Origin: Burkholderiales bacterium
GTDB taxonomy: Bacteria; Patescibacteriota; Minisyncoccia; Phycocordibacterales; UBA9973
Length of the DNA stretch: 64,000 nucleotides
Direction: 5' to 3'
NCBI GenBank assembly: GCA_023701005.1
Contig: JAMPXW010000003.1
Location: 9,148 to 73,147 of the forward strand
This document shows, piece by piece, positions 56,166-64,000 of the stretch. Below the pieces are notes generated by a model. That model was not told where the DNA came from. It made no database searches and saw nothing but the letters and a program-made list of their open reading frames with translations. Each line of letters starts with the position of its first letter. Within the stretch, counting starts at the first letter, position 1. A program made the position numbers and the translations under genes.

Positions 56166-56468
56166 CTACATAGTCCCCTCTGTCTTTGGAGCTTCTGTTG
56201 CTCCACATGGAGTACATACTCCGTCGGCAGAACATTTTTGACACTTACAATCAAAGATAGCCATAACAGCAGCTACGCCTACCAATAGATAGACAACAGC
56301 CTCAAGCACTGGGATAGAACTTAATAACATATTAACAATATTGTATCCACCTTCTACTCCCAAAAGCATACCTAAGCCGACTAAACCCCAATTTACACCA
56401 CCAATGATCACTAATACTTTTACGATCATAGCTAGCGTGCAAACACCCTTTTTACAACAATTAATCAT
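56166..56468 (-). CDS. DUF378-family small membrane protein with Cys-rich C-terminal tail
   Basis: IIGGVNWGLVGL core of DUF378; tail CKCQKCSADGVCTPCG. Confidence 0.5.
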   Translation of the reverse strand: MINCCKKGVCTLAMIVKVLVIIGGVNWGLVGLGMLLGVEGGYNIVNMLLSSIPVLEAVVYLLVGVAAVMAIFDCKCQKCSADGVCTPCGATEAPKTEGTM

Positions 56469-56555
56469 AATACTAAATAATTATTTTATAATATTTCCAC
56501 CAAAACGACGATCTAAGTGGACTTAAATAATACAATATAATTATAGCATATTTAT

Positions 56556-57818
56556 TTAATCAAAATAGTTTTTTAATCTTGCTATCTTTTCGTGCTGACG
56601 AAGCTTTTCATGCACTTTCGCTTCGATCTGACGAATACGCTCACGAGTGACACCAAACTTTTCTCCAACATTTTCTAATGTATGCTGAATACCATCAACC
56701 AAACCGTATCTCATCTCTAATATTTGCCTTTCTTTATCACTAAGCTCATTTAAAACTTCACGAATCTGGTCAGACAATATTCTCCTTGAGGATTCTTGAT
56801 CAGGTCGTAATATCTTATCATCTGGAATAAAGTTTTCTAATGTTGATTTATCATCATCGTCCCCTACTGGTTGTTCCAAAGAAATAGTTTCCTGGCTTAT
56901 ATTCTCAATAACATGAATCTTCTCTACAGGGATACCCATTTCTGTAGCTATCTCTTCTGCTAGTGGCTCTCTACCTAAATCTTGAGATAACCTTCTGTAA
57001 GTTTGTTTGTATTTAGAAATAGTTTCAACCATGTGTACTGGAATACGAATAGTCCTACTCTGATCTGCCAAAGCTCTGGTGATAGACTGACGAATCCACC
57101 AAGTCGCATAAGTAGAAAATTTATAACCTTTAGTCCAATCAAATTTTTCTACGGCTTTAAATAAACCCAAGTTACCTTCTTGTATCAAATCAAGCAAGCT
57201 TAAGTTTGCACTTCTTCCTACATACTTTTTGGCGATAGACACAACCAAACGTAAGTTTGCACGAGCTAATAAATTTTTTGCTTCCGGATCTCCTAACTCT
57301 ATTCTTTTTGCCAAATCCTTTTCATCGCCGGCATGGATAAGAGAGTATTGTCCTATTTCTTTCAAATACATTTGGATAGAATCATGAATTGTCCCTTTGT
57401 TTAAGTCCTTATCATTCAAATCGTTATCCAAATTGAGAAGATTCCCCCCTTCCAAGACATCTATACCTGCAACTGCAAATTTCTCGTAAAGTTCATCTAA
57501 AAAGAAAATATTATTTTCAATATCTGGAAAAGTTTTCAATATCTCATCATAAGTTATAAATCCTCTTTTTTTACCTTTTTCTATTAATTCATTTGAAAGT
57601 TTTGCAAAACCTTCTGCCTTTTTTTCAGAAGCTGTCATTTTCTTTACAGTCTTTTCTTTTACTATTTTCTTTACAACTTTCTTTGTTACTTTAGCTTTTT
57701 TTACTACCTTTTTTGCTTTCTTTATAATCTTTTTAACAACTTTCGCTTTCTTTACTGTTTTTTTTACTTTAGATTTTAAAACTTTTTTAACCACTTTTTT
57801 ATTTTTTATTTTTTTCAT
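56556..57818 (-). CDS. rpoD: RNA polymerase sigma factor RpoD with Lys-rich KKxx-repeat N-terminal extension
   Basis: regions 1.2-4: [43 protein letters not shown]...[23 protein letters not shown]. Confidence 0.9.
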   Translation of the reverse strand: MKKIKNKKVVKKVLKSKVKKTVKKAKVVKKIIKKAKKVVKKAKVTKKVVKKIVKEKTVKKMTASEKKAEGFAKLSNELIEKGKKRGFITYDEILKTFPDIENNIFFLDELYEKFAVAGIDVLEGGNLLNLDNDLNDKDLNKGTIHDSIQMYLKEIGQYSLIHAGDEKDLAKRIELGDPEAKNLLARANLRLVVSIAKKYVGRSANLSLLDLIQEGNLGLFKAVEKFDWTKGYKFSTYATWWIRQSITRALADQSRTIRIPVHMVETISKYKQTYRRLSQDLGREPLAEEIATEMGIPVEKIHVIENISQETISLEQPVGDDDDKSTLENFIPDDKILRPDQESSRRILSDQIREVLNELSDKERQILEMRYGLVDGIQHTLENVGEKFGVTRERIRQIEAKVHEKLRQHEKIARLKNYFD

Positions 57819-57865
57819 ATATAAAATATCTAACTTTATAAACTTAATCACTTTATAACTTTTCA

Positions 57866-59611
57866 CTAATTCTTACGACCATTTTTAATTTCTTGTATTT
57901 TTTTATTTATATCATTTATATCTTTTAAAACTTTATTTGATGCAACTGAATCTTTTTTCATTTCTGAAATTTGTAATTCTTTCATTTTTTTGAAAAGTTC
58001 TTCTTTCAAAGATTCTTCTTTGAAATTAATTAACAATTCTTTTGCATCTTTTTCTAAGGTAAGCCCATCTCCATAAAAAACTTCTGCTTCAAAAATCAAA
58101 TCTTCTTTATTATCATTCATTTTCTGTATAAATTCTTCTTTTTTTGTATCTAAAATAGATAATAATTCCTTTTCAATATCGTCCACATCAATTATTTTTT
58201 CCGAGAGACTCTTCTGCCAAAGAATTATACCCATCAGCCTTCTTTCTATGTAATCTTTTCTAAAAACTTTATTTTCTTCATTTTTTGCTTTCTCAATTTC
58301 TTGTTTTTCTATTTTGGAATCTTTTTCTATTTTTAATAAATCTTCTTTCAAGGCACTTTCTTCTATTCCCGTCTTTGAATTAATAAGTTTTATAAAATTA
58401 GCTTTCTCAATAGCACTTTCTATAACATCAACATAAGGAAGAACTTTCTCTTTTATTTCTCTTCCTGCTTTTCTAGAGTCCTCTTTATAATTAAACAAAA
58501 CTCTATTTAAGAGAAATTCTATTACATGCTTTGATTCACGTATAGCTGTACGCCAAGCATCTATGCCATTCTTTGATATCAAATCTGCCGGGTCTACACC
58601 TAAAGGCATAGAAACGACTTTCACGTCCATATCAAAAGATAAAGCTATCTTGGCTGCTCTAGATGATGCATTAAAACCAGCCTTGTCTGCGTCAAAAGCC
58701 AAAACTATGTTTGAAGACAATCTACGCAACAAACCTAAATTTGAAACAACATTCTCTTTTGAAATAGTAGAATCAGACAACGCCGTTCCTGAAGTAGCTA
58801 CTGTATTTCTAAAACCTGCCTGATGAGATAAAACTAAATCCATCTGGCCTTCTACTAAAATAGAAAAATTATTCTTTCGAATTGATTCCTTTGCTTTATC
58901 TAAACCATACAAAACTGCTGATTTATTAAAGATAGGTGTGTCTGGACTATTTAAATACTTAGCTGATTTTCCATCGTCTTCAAAAATTCTACCTGAAAAA
59001 GCTATAATACGCCCACTCGAATCGGAAATCGGAAACATTATTCTGCCTCTGAATCTATCATAAAATCCCTTCTCAGTCTTTTTTGCTAATCCAGCTTTTT
59101 CTATTTCTAAATCCGTAAAACCTTTACTCTGAAGAAATGTCAAAAGCAATCTCCAATCATTTTTAACAAACCCAATTCTAAAATCTTTTATAGATTTATC
59201 ATTTAAACCACGTGATTTTAAATATGCTAAAGCTTTTTCTTCTTTTTCTAAATTCTTTTCATAAAATTTAGTTGCCTCCTCCATTGCTCTATACAATCTT
59301 TCTTTCTCTCCTTCTTTTTCTTTATTGAAATGAGCTAAAGAAACTCCTGCTTTTTCTGCCAAAACTTTCAACGCACCTTTAAAATCTAATCCCTCAAATT
59401 CTTCAATAAACGTAAAAATATCTCCTTTTGCTCCACAGCCGAAACAGTAATAACTGTTTCGATCTGGGGATACAAAAAAGGATGGTGTTTTTTCATTATG
59501 AAAAGGACACCTAGCTCTAAAGTTAGTACCTGCTCGATCTAGCTTTATATAAGAAGAGACTATTTCTTCAATTGAAAGCCTCTCCTTAATCTGTTCTACG
59601 GGAGAGTTCAT
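57866..59611 (-). CDS. dnaG: DNA primase
   Basis: CHC2 zinc finger [11 protein letters not shown]...CFGCGAKGD, Toprim domain. Confidence 0.9.
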   Translation of the reverse strand: MNSPVEQIKERLSIEEIVSSYIKLDRAGTNFRARCPFHNEKTPSFFVSPDRNSYYCFGCGAKGDIFTFIEEFEGLDFKGALKVLAEKAGVSLAHFNKEKEGEKERLYRAMEEATKFYEKNLEKEEKALAYLKSRGLNDKSIKDFRIGFVKNDWRLLLTFLQSKGFTDLEIEKAGLAKKTEKGFYDRFRGRIMFPISDSSGRIIAFSGRIFEDDGKSAKYLNSPDTPIFNKSAVLYGLDKAKESIRKNNFSILVEGQMDLVLSHQAGFRNTVATSGTALSDSTISKENVVSNLGLLRRLSSNIVLAFDADKAGFNASSRAAKIALSFDMDVKVVSMPLGVDPADLISKNGIDAWRTAIRESKHVIEFLLNRVLFNYKEDSRKAGREIKEKVLPYVDVIESAIEKANFIKLINSKTGIEESALKEDLLKIEKDSKIEKQEIEKAKNEENKVFRKDYIERRLMGIILWQKSLSEKIIDVDDIEKELLSILDTKKEEFIQKMNDNKEDLIFEAEVFYGDGLTLEKDAKELLINFKEESLKEELFKKMKELQISEMKKDSVASNKVLKDINDINKKIQEIKNGRKN

Positions 59612-59616
59612 ATCTT

Positions 59617-62600
59617 TTATTCTTCTTCTGGTACAGAAACGTTATTTTTAAATCCAGTTCCTGCTGGAATCAAACGTCCTATAATAACATTTTCCTTCAA
59701 TCCTCTTAGAGAGTCAACTCCTCCTTTGACTGCATTTTCTATCAAAACACGATTTGTATTTTGGAATGATGCAGCAGAAAGCCAACTCTTTGTACGTAGA
59801 GAAACTTCTGTAATACCTAGAACAATTGTTTCTGCTTTTGCTTCAGTTTGATTTATCTTAGCTACTCTGTTATTTTCTTCGATGAATGCTGTATTTTCTA
59901 CTATATCTCCTACTGAGAAATTAGTCTCACCAGCATCTTTAATCTTTCTTCGTGAGAACATTTGTCTGATAATTATTTCAGTATGTTTTCTAGAAATAGA
60001 AGCACTCTGAAGTTCATAAACTTTATTTATTTCTCGAATGATATATTCTTCGACAGATTCTTTCGTGCCATATTTGTAGATCTCAGCAATATCAGCGGAA
60101 CCGTCTGTTAGAAGCTCCCCTTTCTTAACTTTCTGACCAACTTTTACTATTGGAGTTCTGCGGAATGGTACTAAATATTCCATCTCATTTGCTTTGCCGT
60201 CTGCCTTGCTGTCGGAAAGTACTTTAATTATCTTTTCTTTTCCATCTTTATCTTTTATCTCAAAGACTTCCCCATCTGTGTGAGAAATGATTGCAGGATT
60301 CTTAGGAATTCTTTTTTCAAAAATTTCTTCAATACGAGGCAAACCTGTAGTGATGTCTGTACCTGCGACACCTCCAGCATGGAATGTACGAAGTGTAAGC
60401 TGAGTACCAGGCTCACCGATAGCTTGAGCTGCGATGATACCTACTGCTTCACCAAGATCCACAAGATGATTTCTTCCAAGGTCTAATCCGTAACACATTT
60501 GACAAATACCATGAGCTGTGCGACATGTGAGCGGGGAACGTACATAAACTTCTTCAAAACCCATGCCTTCTATATTGTAAGCTTCTTCTTTTGTGACCAA
60601 GAAACCTTTTTTGTATACAACTTTTCCATCTTTATCTTTCAAATCAGCTGCCAAAACTCTTCCACGAATATTTTTAGAAAGAGGAATTTCTATTCCAGAA
60701 ATATTTTCTCTTGTCACAATCTTTCCATCTTTTGTTCCACAATCTTCTTCGGTAATAACGACATCTTGTGCAACATCTACCAATCTACGAGTCAAATACC
60801 CTGCCTTAGCTGTGTTTAAAGCCGTATCTGAGGCTCCTTTACGAGCACCGTGAGTAATGACGAAATATTCGATTGGAGACAAACCTTCTTGGTAAGAAGG
60901 TATAATTGGAAATTCCAATGTTTTACCTTGGTTGTTTTGAATAAGACCTTTCATACCAGTCATCTGAATAAGTGATGTCATAGTACCTCTAGCACCAGAC
61001 ATGAAAAGATCATAAGTAGATCCATTCTTATCAAGAGTCTTAGGAAGAACTTTTTCTAATTCTTTCTTTGCGTAAGTCCATATCTCAATAATCTTTTGGT
61101 ATCTTTCTTCTTCTGAAAGTAAACCTTCATTCCATTCTGCAATAATTTTTGATTCCTGTTTTCTTCCTTCTTCAATTATTTTAGCTTTTTCTGGAGGAAC
61201 TTTGACGTTGTCAAAACCCCATGTCGTACCAGAAAATGTAGAATATTTGAAACCAAAACTTTTTATCTTGTCCAAAATAGGAGGAGTGTTGTCTACTCCG
61301 TAATGCATGATGAGCTCGTCTACTAGAGATGATAATCTCTTTTGATTCATTTCATCGCTCACATAAGAAAAATCATTTGGCAAAATACTATTGAATAATA
61401 ATTTACCAACAGAAGTTTCAAAAATTCCACCATCAAATTTTCTGTATTTATGTGTATCTGTAGCTAAAACTTTTATTTTTGCTCGGAGAGATACTACTCC
61501 ATATTCATACGCAGTGATAGCTGTATTTGGGCTTGAGAAGTATTTACCTTCTCCTATTTCTCCATCGACAGACTTTGTCATCCAATATGAACCAAGAACA
61601 ATATCTTTACTTGGATGCACGATAGGGTCACCATTTTGAGGTTTAAGCAAGTTTTTATTTGCAGCCATTAATTCTCTAGCTTCGTACTGAGCTTCTTCAA
61701 GCAATGGTACATAGACAGCCATCTGGTCTCCGTCGAAGTCTGCGTTGAAAGCCTGACATACGAGTGGGTGCACTTGAATAGCATTACCTTCTATAAGAAT
61801 AGGATTGAAAGCTTGAATACCTAGACGGTGAAGTGTAGGCGCACGGTTCAATAATACATATTTACCTTGAATAACTTCTTCGAGCATAGCCCAAACTTCT
61901 GGAGTACGCTCTTCTATCAATTTATTCGCACCACGGATATTGAATGCCAATTCTGCTTGTAATATTTTAGAAATAACAAATGGTCTGAAAAGTTCCAAAG
62001 CCATATGTTTTGGCAAACCACATTGATTGAGTTTCAATTCTGGCCCGACAACGATAACAGAACGTCCAGAATAATCTACACGTTTACCCAAAAGATTTTG
62101 TCTGAACAAACCTTGCTTAGATTTCAAATTATCAGACAAAGATTTAAGTGGACGCTTTTGAGATTGACTCATAGCCGCACTATCATTTTGTTTTGCTATT
62201 GAGTTATCTATAAGAGCATCTACAGCTTCTTGAATAATTCTTTTTTCATTTCTTAAAATTACATCCGGAGCATTTATCTCTTTTAATTTCTTTAAGCGAT
62301 TATTTCTATTTATTACACGACGATACAAATCGTTTAGGTCTGAAGTAGCATGTCTGCCTCCATCGAGAGCAACCATGGGACGCAAAACTGGAGGGATGAC
62401 GGGGATAACAGTCAAAAACATCCATTCAGGCCTGATGTTTGCATACATCATAGCTCTTATCAAAGAAAGTCTCTTTTGTAATTTTTCTTTTTCTATGACA
62501 CTTGCCTTTTCAAGCATCTTTTCAGTGTGAGCTTTTAATTTGTTCAAATCCAAATTTTTGAATATAGAATAAATAGCTTCAGCACCTATGTTGGCTTCAA

Positions 62601-63225
62601 AACAAGTACCATATTTTAGAGAATAATGATGGAATGAAATCTCATTCAAAACTTTACCTTCATATATTTCTAAAATTTCCTTTTTTGTACTAGAAAATAG
62701 ATTCTTTAATTTCTCTCTAGTTTCATCATCAGCTGAATTTTTTAATTTAGCTTTATATTCTTTTTCTAGACCTTGAACAATATTTTCTTTTTCTTCTTCA
62801 TGAACTTTAGTGATTATATAACCAGCAAAATAAATTACCTTTTCAAGATCTGAAACAGAAATATTCAAAAGTATACTCATTCTTGATGGTACTCCTCTCA
62901 AAAACCAAATATGTGCTACTGGTGTAGAGAGTTCTATGTGGCCCATTCTTTCTCGTCTCACGATAGAACGAGTGACTTCCACTCCACATTTTTCACAGAT
63001 AATATCTTTGTAACGAATACGGCGGTATTTCCCACAATAACATTCATAGTCCTTTTCTGGACCGAAAATTTTCTCATCAAAAAGACCTCCACGTTCAGAT
63101 CTACCTGTTCGGTAATTTATCGTCTCTGGTTTTGTGACTTCTCCATAAGACCATTCTTTTATTTGCTCAGGTGATGCGAGCTTGAGCGAAATGTGATCAA
63201 AATCTGTTTTATTTAATGTTTTCAT
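59617..63225 (-). CDS. rpoC: DNA-directed RNA polymerase subunit beta'
   Basis: [11 protein letters not shown] catalytic motif, zinc-binding CxxC x n, 1202 aa. Confidence 0.95.
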   Translation of the reverse strand: MKTLNKTDFDHISLKLASPEQIKEWSYGEVTKPETINYRTGRSERGGLFDEKIFGPEKDYECYCGKYRRIRYKDIICEKCGVEVTRSIVRRERMGHIELSTPVAHIWFLRGVPSRMSILLNISVSDLEKVIYFAGYIITKVHEEEKENIVQGLEKEYKAKLKNSADDETREKLKNLFSSTKKEILEIYEGKVLNEISFHHYSLKYGTCFEANIGAEAIYSIFKNLDLNKLKAHTEKMLEKASVIEKEKLQKRLSLIRAMMYANIRPEWMFLTVIPVIPPVLRPMVALDGGRHATSDLNDLYRRVINRNNRLKKLKEINAPDVILRNEKRIIQEAVDALIDNSIAKQNDSAAMSQSQKRPLKSLSDNLKSKQGLFRQNLLGKRVDYSGRSVIVVGPELKLNQCGLPKHMALELFRPFVISKILQAELAFNIRGANKLIEERTPEVWAMLEEVIQGKYVLLNRAPTLHRLGIQAFNPILIEGNAIQVHPLVCQAFNADFDGDQMAVYVPLLEEAQYEARELMAANKNLLKPQNGDPIVHPSKDIVLGSYWMTKSVDGEIGEGKYFSSPNTAITAYEYGVVSLRAKIKVLATDTHKYRKFDGGIFETSVGKLLFNSILPNDFSYVSDEMNQKRLSSLVDELIMHYGVDNTPPILDKIKSFGFKYSTFSGTTWGFDNVKVPPEKAKIIEEGRKQESKIIAEWNEGLLSEEERYQKIIEIWTYAKKELEKVLPKTLDKNGSTYDLFMSGARGTMTSLIQMTGMKGLIQNNQGKTLEFPIIPSYQEGLSPIEYFVITHGARKGASDTALNTAKAGYLTRRLVDVAQDVVITEEDCGTKDGKIVTRENISGIEIPLSKNIRGRVLAADLKDKDGKVVYKKGFLVTKEEAYNIEGMGFEEVYVRSPLTCRTAHGICQMCYGLDLGRNHLVDLGEAVGIIAAQAIGEPGTQLTLRTFHAGGVAGTDITTGLPRIEEIFEKRIPKNPAIISHTDGEVFEIKDKDGKEKIIKVLSDSKADGKANEMEYLVPFRRTPIVKVGQKVKKGELLTDGSADIAEIYKYGTKESVEEYIIREINKVYELQSASISRKHTEIIIRQMFSRRKIKDAGETNFSVGDIVENTAFIEENNRVAKINQTEAKAETIVLGITEVSLRTKSWLSAASFQNTNRVLIENAVKGGVDSLRGLKENVIIGRLIPAGTGFKNNVSVPEEE

Positions 63226-64000
63226 TGTATTTTTTTAGGTTAACATCTAACGCAAGTCCTCGTAAATAATTGAGCAAAACATTGAATGATGCTGGAGAAT
63301 TTGGCGGTTTAATGGTTTCGTTTTTGATAATAGAATCGAATGTCTGTGAACGACCCAAGATATCATCAGACTTAATTGTAAGCATTTCTCTTAATGTATA
63401 AGCTGCTCCATAACCTTCCAAAGCCCAGACTTCCATTTCTCCAAATCTTTGTCCTCCGCCTTGAGCTTTACCTCCCAAAGGTTGCTGGGTGATGAGTGAG
63501 TAAGGCCCAATAGAACGCATATGTATCTTGTCTTCTACCATATGGTGGAGTTTCAACATATACATATAACCTACTGCCACGTCTTGATCAAAAGCTTCAC
63601 CTGTACGTCCATCAAAAAGTTTTAATTTACCATTTTCTGGCAAACCAGCTTTCTTTAATTCTTCTTTAACTTCATCATGAGTGACTCCCAAAAATGGAGG
63701 AACTATCGCTTGATAACCTAAAGTATTTGCTGCCATACCAAGATGTATTTCTAAGATCTGTCCCAAGTTCATACGTGAAGGAACACCGAGTGGTGAAAGT
63801 ATTATATCTATTGGTGTGCCATCTGCTGTATAAGGCATATCTTCTTCTGGAAGAATTCTTGATATAACACCCTTGTTTCCATGACGTCCTGAGAGTTTAT
63901 CTCCAACAGAAATATTTCTAACTTGAGCAACTTCAATAACAATTTTCTTTATTATTCCAGCTTCCAAAGTATGTCCTAAATCTCTAGAGAATATTTTGAC
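63209..64000 (-). CDS. rpoB: DNA-directed RNA polymerase subunit beta, C-terminal part (N-terminus beyond window end)
   Basis: [22 protein letters not shown]; ORF open to window end. Confidence 0.9.
   Translation of the reverse strand, partial: VKIFSRDLGHTLEAGIIKKIVIEVAQVRNISVGDKLSGRHGNKGVISRILPEEDMPYTADGTPIDIILSPLGVPSRMNLGQILEIHLGMAANTLGYQAIVPPFLGVTHDEVKEELKKAGLPENGKLKLFDGRTGEAFDQDVAVGYMYMLKLHHMVEDKIHMRSIGPYSLITQQPLGGKAQGGGQRFGEMEVWALEGYGAAYTLREMLTIKSDDILGRSQTFDSIIKNETIKPPNSPASFNVLLNYLRGLALDVNLKKYNENIK

Noticed and set aside
1-64000. CRISPR arrays, rRNA genes, prophage structural genes
   Set aside because: No regularly spaced direct repeats and no 16S/23S/5S signatures were seen. No capsid, terminase or tail genes were seen. 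The mobile DNA is limited to the recombinase, the IS remnant and the intron HNH.

Overview
This is an AT-rich bacterial window (roughly 30% GC by eye) with short intergenic spacers. Gene content and order point to a reduced-genome CPR/Patescibacteria-like organism (inference). The supporting features are a single-chain RNR with ATP-cone, fused lipid genes, Lys-rich KKxx tails on RpoD and a glycosidase, a colinear rpoB-rpoC-dnaG-rpoD block on the minus strand, and a self-splicing intron in a tRNA.

Core genes present: dapF (partial), gap, dnaE, pth, lepB, hisS, def, fmt, hpf, nrdJ-like RNR, tgt, mreB, mreC, proS, rpsB, tsf, rpoD, dnaG, rpoC, rpoB (partial), RNase P RNA, tRNA-Ala(UGC), tRNA-Thr(UGU), and an intron-containing tRNA-Asn(GUU).

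An accessory region spans about 19.0-35.1 kb. It holds small accessory genes (SRPBCC, SDR, HD, a DprA/SLOG-like Rossmann protein, an NYN-domain fragment) separated by three copies of a ~100-nt structured repeat. Then comes a visibly GC-richer defense island: a ParB-fold DGQHR/DndB-like gene, a Type I R-M operon hsdR-hsdM-hsdS with ATGA stop/start overlaps, and a 560-aa AlbA_2/Schlafen-like protein coupled to hsdS. After that are an IS5-family transposase remnant and a large serine recombinase. The recombinase stop overlaps the 3' end of tRNA-Asn, and that tRNA is split by a 569-nt group I intron encoding an HNH endonuclease.

Other notable items:
- Short GC-rich elements inserted in-frame in gap, fmt and a GH130-like gene.
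- A glycan-type operon (two GH130-like genes, an HldE-like nucleotidyltransferase, a 568-aa Cys-rich protein).
- A pgsA / fused pgpA-CarS-like / cls lipid cluster.
- Several GC-rich structured leaders, a MITE-like inverted-repeat element, and a duplicated tRNA-Ala 3' end.

No CRISPR array or rRNA gene was seen.
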